Source of the DNA: Bdellovibrionota bacterium
Lineage (GTDB): Bacteria; Bdellovibrionota; UBA1018; UBA923
Assembly: GCA_040754655.1 (NCBI GenBank)
Contig: JBFMCE010000002.1
Location: 5,777 to 69,776 of the forward strand
Direction: 5' to 3'
Length of the DNA: 64,000 nucleotides
The position numbers and the translations under genes were made by a program. Below the pieces are notes generated by a model, which saw only the letters and a list, made by a program, of their open reading frames with translations, did no database searches and was not told where the DNA came from. Shown piece after piece: positions 55,758 through 64,000 of this stretch (within the stretch, counting starts at the first letter, position 1; each line of letters opens with the position of its first letter).

Positions 55758-56992
55758 CCAATCTTTGCTTCTACTTTCAGGTTCATCAACCATGGCGCCT
55801 GAGACATTACCGTTACGTGGAAGTGGGTCACAACCATGACTATTTCGATCATGACAAGAACGCCCAGGTCATGCGCAAAGTCGCCGACAAATGCTACCTC
55901 CCCATGAACAACCTCTTGCTCGACTTGATCTCTGACCTCGATGGGAGCTTCAAAGCGAGTTTCTCGATCTCTGGCGTGTTCTTGCAGCAAGCGGAAGAAT
56001 ACGCCCCTGAGGTCATTCATTCCTTCAAGCGCCTCATCGAAACGGGATGCGTCGAGGTCTTGTCAGAAACATCGCACCATAGCCTGACCTCGCTCTTCAG
56101 CCCCGAAGAGTTTGTTGAACAAGTGAACATCCATCGCGAGTTGTGCTCGCGCCTGCTCAAGACCCCCGGAAAGACTTTTCGCAACACCGAATTGATCACG
56201 AGCAATGCGATCGCAAGCGAAGTGGCGAAGATGGGCTATAGAGCGATGTTGATGGAGGGAGCCGATCGCGTCCTAGGGTGGCGCAGCCCCTTGTTTGGTT
56301 ATCACTTGAAAAACAGCCCGAATCTCTTGATGCTTTTGAAAAACTATCGTTTGAGCGATGACATCGCTTTTCGGTTTTCTGACCGGGGATGGGCGGAGTG
56401 GCCGCTGACCTCTGAGAAGTTCACGCACTGGCTCAAGATGATCGAGCTTGAAAACCCAGTCTCAGCCAAGGGACAGGATCCGTTCGTGGGGCTTTTCATG
56501 GATTACGAGACTTTTGGCGAGCACCAGTGGAAAAGCACGGGCATCTTTGACTTCATGCGCGCCCTCCCTTTGCGCCTTTTGGATACCGGTTCCGTTCGTT
56601 TCGTGACTCCATCGGAAGCCGCTGAAACCATGCAACCTAGCGCTGAGCTGGATGTGCATTCCCCTGTTTCTTGGGCAGACATAGAGAGAGACCTGTCGGC
56701 ATGGGTTGGAAACCCGATCCAAGACTCTGCAATCCGAGCCATTTACCGCCTGGAAGGGGCCGTCAAAAAAACGAAAGACGCATCACTGATTGAAACCTGG
56801 CGCAGGCTCACCACAAGCGACCACTTCTACTACATGTGCACGAAATACTTCGCCGATGGGGACGTGCACAAGTACTTCAATCCTTATGAAAGCCCTTATG
56901 ACGCTCATATTTATTTTATGAACACGGTCGCCGACCTTGAACAACGCCTAGGCCTCGCCCCTGTGGAAGATGAAGAAAGGATACCGGCGTAA
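55754..56992 (+). CDS. GH57-family glycoside hydrolase (alpha-amylase / 4-alpha-glucanotransferase-like)
   Basis: N-terminal FYFQVHQPWRL (GH57 HQP region). ATGA overlap with the upstream gene. Confidence 0.7.
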   Translation: MTNLCFYFQVHQPWRLRHYRYVEVGHNHDYFDHDKNAQVMRKVADKCYLPMNNLLLDLISDLDGSFKASFSISGVFLQQAEEYAPEVIHSFKRLIETGCVEVLSETSHHSLTSLFSPEEFVEQVNIHRELCSRLLKTPGKTFRNTELITSNAIASEVAKMGYRAMLMEGADRVLGWRSPLFGYHLKNSPNLLMLLKNYRLSDDIAFRFSDRGWAEWPLTSEKFTHWLKMIELENPVSAKGQDPFVGLFMDYETFGEHQWKSTGIFDFMRALPLRLLDTGSVRFVTPSEAAETMQPSAELDVHSPVSWADIERDLSAWVGNPIQDSAIRAIYRLEGAVKKTKDASLIETWRRLTTSDHFYYMCTKYFADGDVHKYFNPYESPYDAHIYFMNTVADLEQRLGLAPVEDEERIPA

Positions 56993-56995
56993 GCT

Positions 56996-58951
56996 ATGAG
57001 TTGGGAGACGCGCCCACCCGGGGAAGTTCTTTTAGGAAATGGCAGGCTTCTAACCGTGCTTGACGGCTTCGGTGAGATTGACCAACTCTTTTCACCTCAC
57101 ATCGATGCGTTACAGGGCCGCTTGAGCAGTTTTCGCACTCATGTCTTGATTCCCCATCCTTCCGGCTCTTCACCTGAGATGATCGTGGTGGGTCCGGACG
57201 CTTTCGACATCAGGTTGCACCTGATGAACGGCGGGCAGATCTTAAAAACAGAGTATCACCATAAAAGCAGGCCGCTCAAATTGATCCGCACTCTGGCGAT
57301 CCATCCGGTAGATGCGTGCCTGCTTGATTCGTGGCAAGTGCTTGGCGAGAGCGCGGGCCTGATCCACTCTTCAGTGCCTTGGATGGGAACCGCGACCGCT
57401 GGTCACTGCTCGCTCTACCATCCCATCTTCAATGGCCTGGTTCATCACCGAGGCAGGCGCTGGCTTGCCATTGTCGGGCGCAAGACGGCCCACTGGGTTC
57501 GCGTGGGGCATCTTCCTGAGAGCGATCGACGCCGGATGTGGGATGGGGAGAAAGTCTGGGTTCCGGTCGGGGCAGGCGACCTGCACGGCTATCCGGGGCA
57601 ACCTGTCGTGATGGGTTGGGACCACGTGGTTCAAGGCCCCGCGACTTTCGGGGCACTCGCCATGCCGCCCGTGAATGCCGGTGAGTGCATTGATTTCTTC
57701 ATCGTCGGCGCTGAAAGCGAAGCAAGCTTGCACACGCTTCTGCAACGAACGCGCTTGATCGAAACTCCTCGTTTCGTGAACATGGTTGAGCGCTTTTCGA
57801 TGCGCAACCTCGATCCTGCGATGCCACTCTTGTCTAAGATCCAAAACCCCCACGTGCAATCGCTTGCACAGAGATCAATTGAAGTCTTGCTCGCATTGCA
57901 AGACGGAGAAACGGGCGCACTCATCGCCGCGGCCGAAGCAGATCCCCATTCTCGCGTGTCAGGCGGCTACGGTTACAGCTGGCCTCGCGACGGCGCTTAT
58001 CTCGCAAGCGCGCTTGGAGCCTATGGTTACCGTGACAGGGTTGAAAAGTATTTCGAGTTCTTGAAAAACACCCAAGACCTTTCGACAGGCGCATGGTTTC
58101 AGCGCTATCTTGCCACGGGACATGCCGGTCCCAGTTGGGGCCGAATCCAAATCGACGAACCCGCCACCGTGATTGGCGCAGCTTGGATGCATTATCGAAA
58201 CACCCAAGATCTTTATTGGCTCGAACGGATCTGGCCTACGATCAAGCTTGGTTTGAATTTCTTGGAAGAGTTTCATGGTGAAAAATATCCGATGGGCCAA
58301 GACTCGCATGACCTTTGGGAAGAACGCATGGGTGTCCACGCTTACAGCTTGGCGGCGGTGATCGCGGCATTCATGGCCGGAGCCTACATGGCCGGAGAAC
58401 TCGCCAACCGTTCGTTGCAACAACATTATCATTCGATCGCGACGAGGCTCAATCGGTTGTTGCGCGAGAACTTCGTCGTCGATGGCGGTCCGATACGGCG
58501 TTCCTGGGTCGCCGATGGCCGCGGGGGCCATTGGTGGGATGAAACCCCCGACGTTTCAATGCTTGGCTTGATCGCTCCTTTCGGGGTGCTTCACCGACGC
58601 GATCCGGTCGCAGGAAGAATCTTGAACCTCGTGCACGAAAGACTTTGGGCGCCATCCGTTGGCGGGATCTACCGTTACATCGGCGACACCTATCGCGGAG
58701 GCAATCCGTGGATTCTCACCACGCTTTGGCTCGCGATCGTGGATCTGAGCCTTGGCAGGCTGGATCAAGCCCGCGAGTCGTTTCAATGGGCGATGTCAAA
58801 GACGACGCCGCTTGGGATGTTCGCTGAACAAGTGCACAAAGAAACGGGCCGCCCGTTTTGGGTGATTCCTTTGGGTTGGTCGCACGCGATGTACCTTCTG
58901 TTCGTGCGCGACGTGATCCGAAGGGGAGTGGGGAAAGAAATCTGGGGATAG
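56996..58951 (+). CDS. GH15-family glucoamylase / glucodextranase-like
   Basis: YGYSWPRDGAYLASALG (GH15 catalytic-region motif) within an (alpha/alpha)6 domain. Confidence 0.7.
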   Translation: MSWETRPPGEVLLGNGRLLTVLDGFGEIDQLFSPHIDALQGRLSSFRTHVLIPHPSGSSPEMIVVGPDAFDIRLHLMNGGQILKTEYHHKSRPLKLIRTLAIHPVDACLLDSWQVLGESAGLIHSSVPWMGTATAGHCSLYHPIFNGLVHHRGRRWLAIVGRKTAHWVRVGHLPESDRRRMWDGEKVWVPVGAGDLHGYPGQPVVMGWDHVVQGPATFGALAMPPVNAGECIDFFIVGAESEASLHTLLQRTRLIETPRFVNMVERFSMRNLDPAMPLLSKIQNPHVQSLAQRSIEVLLALQDGETGALIAAAEADPHSRVSGGYGYSWPRDGAYLASALGAYGYRDRVEKYFEFLKNTQDLSTGAWFQRYLATGHAGPSWGRIQIDEPATVIGAAWMHYRNTQDLYWLERIWPTIKLGLNFLEEFHGEKYPMGQDSHDLWEERMGVHAYSLAAVIAAFMAGAYMAGELANRSLQQHYHSIATRLNRLLRENFVVDGGPIRRSWVADGRGGHWWDETPDVSMLGLIAPFGVLHRRDPVAGRILNLVHERLWAPSVGGIYRYIGDTYRGGNPWILTTLWLAIVDLSLGRLDQARESFQWAMSKTTPLGMFAEQVHKETGRPFWVIPLGWSHAMYLLFVRDVIRRGVGKEIWG

Positions 58952-58983
58952 CTCGCGGCTATAGGAGTAGGATTCGTTTACGG

Positions 58984-61668
58984 TTAACAATTGACCGTCA
59001 ACTGCGACTTTTGATCGATCGCCGCATTGAGGGGAAACACCAGGGTGAAAGCCGATCCTTTTCCCTGTTTCGAGACGAGGCTGATCTGGCCTCCCAATGC
59101 CTTGACCAAAGCTTTCACCAACGGCAGCCCCAACCCCAAACCTTGGTACTGTTTTTGATAAACAGAAATCATTTGTTGGAACGGTTCAAAAAGCCTGCTT
59201 TCAAGTTCCCGAGAAATCCCGGGTCCTGTATCTTCAATAGTCACGGCAACGGAACCTTCCCCTCGCCGATCCACACGAACCTCAACGCTTCCCTTCTCGG
59301 TGAATTTGATCGCGTTGCCAATCAACTGCACCAGAACCATCTTGAGCAACCTCGGATCGGTGTTCACTTCGGGCAAGCCTTCACCAATCTCAACTCGAAG
59401 TTCGAGCCCCTTGAGGCTCGCCTTTTGTTTCATTTGAGAACCCGTGGACGTCACCAACTCAGAAAGATTAGTAATGGTGAGATTCACTTCCGAATCCCCG
59501 CTTTCAACCTTCACGTATTCAAAGATTGAACTCACCAACTCGACCATTCTATCTGACGCGCTGATCATCATGCGCAGAAGCTTTTCTAGGGTTTGATCGG
59601 AAGAGACCGCCAAATGACGCCCAAGAAGATGGATCGACGTCGTCAAAGCCGTGAGAGGCGTTCGCAATTCATGCGAAACAAGATCCAAGAACAGCCCCCT
59701 TGTCTGATTGATCTTCCGGATCTCGCCGCCCGACGTTTTAATGAAAGACTCAACCGTTTCGAGTTCGCGCGCCTTCGACAGCAGTTTTTGGGTCAATGCT
59801 TCGATGCTTTGGGTCTTCTCTTGCACCTGTTCTCTGAGATCTTGCTTTACTTTCCGCTCAATCGCTAAATTGCTTACGCGGGTGCGCAATTCGCCGGGAA
59901 GGAACGGTTTCACGAGGCAGTCTTGAGCCCCTTCGCTCAAAAGCCTTATTCGAAGCTCATCATCAACTTTGGCGGTGAGCAAAAGAATCGAGACATCGCT
60001 CAACTCCTGGTAGTCTTTCCTGATGATCTTTAGCATCTGCTCACCGCTCATCCCCGGCATCATCAAATCGGTCACGATGACGTCGGGTTTGAACTCCCTG
60101 GCTTTCCGCAAACCTTCCTGGCCGTTGGTGGCAAGAAGAACTTGGAACTCACGACCCAAGATCTCGGCGATAAACTCGCGCATATCGGCATGGTCTTCCA
60201 CCACCAGGACTCGCGGCCTGTGCGAATCAGCAGCTAGATGATGCTCAATACCCTGCGACAAGGTTCTTTGGAGCCCGTTCGAGCGACAATCAAATAAATC
60301 TCGCAACGAGAGGTCCGCCTCAACTGGCTTCCCTTGAAGCTCACCAATGGGTATTTGCACGATAAAGCTTGCCCCTCCCCCTGGGGTGTCTTCGATTCGA
60401 ACCGTGCCCTCATGCAATTCCACAAACTCCTTCACGATCGACAATCCGAGGCCAGTGCCCTCAAAGCGCCGCGCGTCTCCCGAATCTATTTGCTTGAAGC
60501 GCTCAAACACCCACTGACGCGCCTTTTGATCGATGCCAGGCCCCGTATCGGAAACCTTGATCTCGAAGCTGTCTTCCCGCCTCTTTGAGAGCGAGATCCC
60601 TATCCTCGAATGATCGGGAGAGAATTTAAAGGCATTCGAAAGCAAGTTCAACAAAATGCGCTGCAACTTCTGAGGATCAACCGCCGCCTGCAGACCCCGA
60701 GGAACATCGACTGAAAATATTATGCTTCTTTCTTTCGCCTGAATTTCAAAAAGCGAGGCTGTAACGCTTACAATTTTACCGACATCGACAATCAAGCGCT
60801 CAATCTGCATCTTCCCCGACTCAAGCTTTGCGACATCGAGCAGGTCATTCACATGTTCAAGAAGAACCCTGGCATTGCGTTCAATGACCGTAACCTTTCC
60901 CTGTAGAGGTTCCTGCAGTTCTCGGCCTTTCTGGAGGACTGAATCCGCTATACCTAAAATCAGCGTGAGAGGAGTTCGAAGTTCATGGCTCACATTGGCG
61001 AAGAACTGCGATTTCAAGCGATCAAATTCCTTAAGTTTTTCATGAGCATTGTTCAATTCGCTCTTGGCCCGTTCAGTCTCGATCAATTGAAGAAAGGATT
61101 GCCTCTTTAGCGACTCTCGAAGATTTGAGTCCAAAAACGCCACCAAACAAACGATCAGACAGACAAAGCCAAAGCGCACAAGCGCTTCCTGGTCCTTGAT
61201 CTCGAAACCATCCAATCCCAAAGAAATCCCAAGATACAGTGTGAGCATCAAAGCCAAGTGACCGAGCACCTTCCAAGAACCATAAGGCAGCACCGTAGCG
61301 CCCGTGGCCATGAATAGAACGATCTCAATCGACTGCAGGCTGGTGTAACCGCCGTGAAGGGAGTTATTGAGAGCGATGCCTATGCTTCCCAAGGCTGAAA
61401 AAAACCAAAGCACCGTTGAGGCTTCGATCTTGAACCAACCTCGAAAATAGCCCGTGAACAAGATCATGCAAGGAACCATGACCAGCCAGCGGGAGAGAAG
61501 GTAGAAATACCAATCAGATCTATTTGTAAGCAGGTCTAAGATCACCGTCGCAGGATAACCGAGGTACACAAAAAAAATGGGTGGCCTTCGAACGATGAAT
61601 TTTTCGCTTTCCTTGATCTGTTCTTGATATCGTTTTTCGAGCTCTGGCGCCCACTTTGAGGCTTTCAT
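58984..61668 (-). CDS. Hybrid sensor histidine kinase with two kinase cores (TM - HisKA/HATPase - receiver - HisKA/HATPase)
   Basis: Polytopic N-terminus. H-box 1 is VSHELRTPLTLILG with HATPase N/G boxes (LLSNAFKFS; GTGLGLSIV). The receiver is LVVEDHADM...DLMMPGMSG...LVKPF. H-box 2 is VSHELRTPLTAL with a second HATPase (GNAIKFT; GLGLGLPLV). Confidence 0.85.
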   Translation of the reverse strand: MKASKWAPELEKRYQEQIKESEKFIVRRPPIFFVYLGYPATVILDLLTNRSDWYFYLLSRWLVMVPCMILFTGYFRGWFKIEASTVLWFFSALGSIGIALNNSLHGGYTSLQSIEIVLFMATGATVLPYGSWKVLGHLALMLTLYLGISLGLDGFEIKDQEALVRFGFVCLIVCLVAFLDSNLRESLKRQSFLQLIETERAKSELNNAHEKLKEFDRLKSQFFANVSHELRTPLTLILGIADSVLQKGRELQEPLQGKVTVIERNARVLLEHVNDLLDVAKLESGKMQIERLIVDVGKIVSVTASLFEIQAKERSIIFSVDVPRGLQAAVDPQKLQRILLNLLSNAFKFSPDHSRIGISLSKRREDSFEIKVSDTGPGIDQKARQWVFERFKQIDSGDARRFEGTGLGLSIVKEFVELHEGTVRIEDTPGGGASFIVQIPIGELQGKPVEADLSLRDLFDCRSNGLQRTLSQGIEHHLAADSHRPRVLVVEDHADMREFIAEILGREFQVLLATNGQEGLRKAREFKPDVIVTDLMMPGMSGEQMLKIIRKDYQELSDVSILLLTAKVDDELRIRLLSEGAQDCLVKPFLPGELRTRVSNLAIERKVKQDLREQVQEKTQSIEALTQKLLSKARELETVESFIKTSGGEIRKINQTRGLFLDLVSHELRTPLTALTTSIHLLGRHLAVSSDQTLEKLLRMMISASDRMVELVSSIFEYVKVESGDSEVNLTITNLSELVTSTGSQMKQKASLKGLELRVEIGEGLPEVNTDPRLLKMVLVQLIGNAIKFTEKGSVEVRVDRRGEGSVAVTIEDTGPGISRELESRLFEPFQQMISVYQKQYQGLGLGLPLVKALVKALGGQISLVSKQGKGSAFTLVFPLNAAIDQKSQLTVNC

Positions 61669-61752
61669 TTATAAAGCCTCATTACAATGAACGAAGTAAG
61701 AAAGAAACCCCTTGCGGGGGATCGGCTATTTTCTTTATAGTGCGCATTTCAT

Positions 61753-61962
61753 ATGAATAAGACCGGTCAAAAACAAACAGGCGTCGATGCGAGGTCGCTG
61801 AAACAAGCGGCCCACGATCTAGGTTCGCCTGTCGCCGCGCTCAAGATGCTTTGCAAAAACGCGCGCGCCCTGACCGATGAAGAAAGGCAGATTCTCCAGG
61901 GTTCAATTGAAAGAATTGAGATCGTGGCGAGGAAACTGAGCGAATATGCGAAAAACAAATAA
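61753..61962 (+). CDS. Small ORF with a histidine-kinase H-box-like motif (standalone DHp-like peptide?)
   Basis: AAHDLGSPVAALKML resembles the HisKA phospho-His helix. 69 aa, overlapping the next gene by 17 nt. It may not be expressed. Confidence 0.3.
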   Translation: MNKTGQKQTGVDARSLKQAAHDLGSPVAALKMLCKNARALTDEERQILQGSIERIEIVARKLSEYAKNK

Positions 61963-62875
61963 ATTGATTCTTTTTTTCCTGGCTCTCCTCCTTCTTGGCC
62001 AGTCCCTGGCTGCTTCAGAAGAAGGTCTGGGTGGGAATGCCGCTACCGATACTGAAGCAAGCACGCTGCTGAATGGTTCGATCGAGCACATTACTGAGGC
62101 CCTTCTGGGACGAAGGTATGTAGGGGGCCCCTTGGGCGAAGGTTCTTCGGGCCTTCACGACAACGACCCACGGTACAGGTTGGACCAATTTGATTGCACC
62201 ACCTTTGTTGAGACCGTTCTTGCGCTCTCGCTTTCAAAGAGCCTTGAACAGTTCACGGTCAATATGGATCGTATTCGCTATAAAAATGGGGATGTCAGTT
62301 TCTTGAGCCGCAATCACTTTCCTAGCCTTGACTGGATTCCGAACAACTCATGGCTGCTTGAAGACATCACCCCGAACTTTCTCGCCGAGACTGAAGTAAG
62401 GCTCGCCAGAGCCGTGATCGACAAGGCGGCCTGGGTATTAAGCCTGACTTCAAAAGAGATCACGCGCCCTGATTTGAATGATGAGCAAAAACAAGCGCTC
62501 GCCAAGCAACTACACGCCGAGGCAAAAAACTTTTCACCTCAAACTATCTCGATCGCTTATTTGCCTGTTGAAGCTCTTGAGCAAAACCCCGCGGTACTGT
62601 CAAAAATCCCGTCAGGTTCAATCTTCAACATTGTTCGAGAAAACTACAAGCCCGGCGCCACGGCAATGAATGTTTCGCACCAAGGATTTGTGATTCAACA
62701 ACGCGGGGTCACCCTTATTCGTCATGCATCTGTCGGCACCGCTGTGAAAGACGATGTTTTATTGCCCTATTTGGTCGAGCAGAAAAAGAAAAAACCAAGC
62801 GTCGTGGGAATCAACTTGCTCTTTGTCAGCGAAAAATCCAGATCAGGCCCACTGCGCACGACCAAAGCCCCATAA
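61946..62875 (+). CDS. DUF1460-like (papain/NlpC-like fold) secreted protein, paralog of 16965-17975
   Basis: Signal peptide. Shares the motifs RYVGGPLGEG, FDCTTFVETVLALS, IRYKNGDVSFLSRNHF and DWIPNN with the other paralog. Confidence 0.6.
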   Translation: MRKTNKLILFFLALLLLGQSLAASEEGLGGNAATDTEASTLLNGSIEHITEALLGRRYVGGPLGEGSSGLHDNDPRYRLDQFDCTTFVETVLALSLSKSLEQFTVNMDRIRYKNGDVSFLSRNHFPSLDWIPNNSWLLEDITPNFLAETEVRLARAVIDKAAWVLSLTSKEITRPDLNDEQKQALAKQLHAEAKNFSPQTISIAYLPVEALEQNPAVLSKIPSGSIFNIVRENYKPGATAMNVSHQGFVIQQRGVTLIRHASVGTAVKDDVLLPYLVEQKKKKPSVVGINLLFVSEKSRSGPLRTTKAP

Positions 62876-63401
62876 GCGTTCGAGTCCCTCTGCCTAACGC
62901 GTTTTCTGCGAGATTCTTTGTTCCTAAAATCCCGCCCAAAACTCCGGCATAGAGAACGGTGGAGGTAAGAATTCCCGCGCCAAAAGCCAAGGCATATCCC
63001 GCCACCGCGACAAGGCCCGAAGAGAATACCACCAACGAAGCGCCCGCGAAGGCCGCAGTTCCGGCGACCCCGTGCAGAATTCCCATCCAAAAAGGCCCTT
63101 GGTGTTTAAATCCCTCCAACCTTTGGCTTCCCATCGCCTTAATCAGAGTCAAACCACCAACCCCAACAAGTGCGATCCCAACCAGCCTTTCCATCCAATG
63201 AGCAAATGAGTCTGAAAGAACAAGTTTAAATGAAAACAAGATCAAGCAAAACACAAGCAGGCTCAGGCCATGTCCGAGCGCCCACTTTGCTCCGTAGAGC
63301 GCGGCATCGCGGGGCCTGGGCCCAGTCGCTACGAAAGCGCTGACCGCCGCCAAATGATCAACCTCAAAAGCATGAACGATGCCTAAACCAAAACTCGACA
63401 T
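62826..63401 (-). CDS. NicO/HoxN-like nickel/cobalt transporter-family membrane protein
   Basis: GLGIVHAFEVDHLAAV matches the HAxDADH signature and the protein has 6 TM segments. The ATG at 63401 overlaps the upstream gene's TGA (TGATG). Confidence 0.55.
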   Translation of the reverse strand: MSSFGLGIVHAFEVDHLAAVSAFVATGPRPRDAALYGAKWALGHGLSLLVFCLILFSFKLVLSDSFAHWMERLVGIALVGVGGLTLIKAMGSQRLEGFKHQGPFWMGILHGVAGTAAFAGASLVVFSSGLVAVAGYALAFGAGILTSTVLYAGVLGGILGTKNLAENALGRGTRTLMGLWSCAVGLIWIFR

Positions 63402-64000
63402 CAAGAGGAATGTTGTTTCAAAAGTCTCCACAGCCGCTGATCCTCCAATTTCACCATGAGGGTTTTATTGCCAGTGTAGGTCACTAAAAACTTCTCGCCC
63501 TTGCCTCCAGGCACCCTCTTCACGTTCTTCCGGAAGGTGTAATCCACCTCGACTTTATTGCCAACCGAAACTCCCGAATAGTGCGCAACAAGGGTCGCCG
63601 CGTCGAGCATCGTTTCAAGAGAGGCTGATTTTTCGCGCGGAAGCTGAATCACGGCGTGCGCGCCAGGCTTGCCCTTGAGGTGCATCCACAAATCGTTGCC
63701 TCTGGCCAATCGAATCACCAGTTCTTCGTTCTCAGCATGATTGCGTCCTATCCATATCGAAAGGCCTTCCTGCGACTTGAATTCGCGTAGCCCAGAGCTC
63801 TTCCACTTCTGATCGGTCTTTTTTTCTTTCTTGGGCTTTCCGCCGTCTTCCAACGGCTGGGTTGAAAGTGTTTTCAGGCCGGTGGCTTCAAGAAGTTTCC
63901 TAAGACGCGCGTGGGTCGCTCTGAACCCCTCTCCTTCCAAGGCCTCGAACTGGCGTATTTTAGCGATGGCCGAGGTAGCAGACTTGAGTTCTTCCTCGAC
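63401..64000 (-). CDS. RqcH/FbpA-like protein, C-terminal NFACT-R (DUF814) domain; the 5' end lies beyond the window
   Basis: GKPGAHAVIQL plus the surrounding pattern matches NFACT-R. The frame stays open upstream of the TTG track start through position 64000. Confidence 0.55.
   Translation of the reverse strand, partial: VEEELKSATSAIAKIRQFEALEGEGFRATHARLRKLLEATGLKTLSTQPLEDGGKPKKEKKTDQKWKSSGLREFKSQEGLSIWIGRNHAENEELVIRLARGNDLWMHLKGKPGAHAVIQLPREKSASLETMLDAATLVAHYSGVSVGNKVEVDYTFRKNVKRVPGGKGEKFLVTYTGNKTLMVKLEDQRLWRLLKQHSS

Noticed and set aside
57371-58531. 162-aa and 190-aa minus-strand ORFs
   Set aside because: Antisense to the GH15 glucoamylase-like gene.
1-64000. CRISPR arrays, rRNA genes, IS elements or transposases
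   Set aside because: No regularly spaced short direct repeats were seen. No transposase, integrase or rRNA-like sequence was recognised in any frame.

Overview
This window is a gene-dense, mostly chromosomal stretch from a Gram-negative bacterium; the source genome cannot be identified from sequence alone. It encodes C-terminal-F beta-barrel outer-membrane proteins, lipobox lipoproteins and many sec-signal secreted proteins. GC appears to be roughly 50-55%, with one clearly AT-richer islet at about 29.2-30.2 kb. There is no rRNA, no CRISPR array, and no transposase or integrase.

Recognisable housekeeping content:
- proBAC operon
- typA/bipA
- srkA/rdoA kinase
- one tRNA-Glu(UUC) with its own consensus promoter and terminator
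- an OPT oligopeptide transporter and a GlpT/UhpC-like MFS transporter
- NUDIX and HAD hydrolases and a class I O-methyltransferase
- an alpha-glucan cluster (GH133 debranching-like, GT4, GH57, GH15)
- several two-component proteins, including a kinase-receiver-kinase hybrid

Accessory content worth a second look:
1. A divergent pair of diverged four-helix-bundle (23S-IVS/Avd-like) genes. They share a perfect 30-bp inverted repeat that covers both ribosome-binding sites, and the pair is bracketed by two identical 30-nt direct repeats.
2. A tandem triplet of paralogous secreted Cys-rich coiled-coil proteins upstream of an outer-membrane barrel gene.
3. A low-GC islet immediately 3' of tRNA-Glu carrying an overlapping two-gene module (small acidic protein plus minimal nucleotidyltransferase). 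Two large secreted proteins follow it, one with ankyrin-like repeats.
4. Unusual membrane-lipid-remodelling fusions: a cardiolipin-synthase/PLD-YbhN fusion translationally coupled to a YbhP-like EEP gene, and an aminoacyl-PG-synthase-C-like (DUF2156-like) domain fused to a rhomboid protease domain.
5. A secreted neutral ceramidase, truncated at the window start.

Coordinates follow the supplied ORF track. The printed sequence appears to be offset from the track by 1 nt in places, so positions I located by eye (tRNA, repeats, promoter, terminators) may be off by +/-1. The track also includes GTG and TTG starts, so several N-termini were re-assigned to internal ATGs with better signal-peptide or RBS context.
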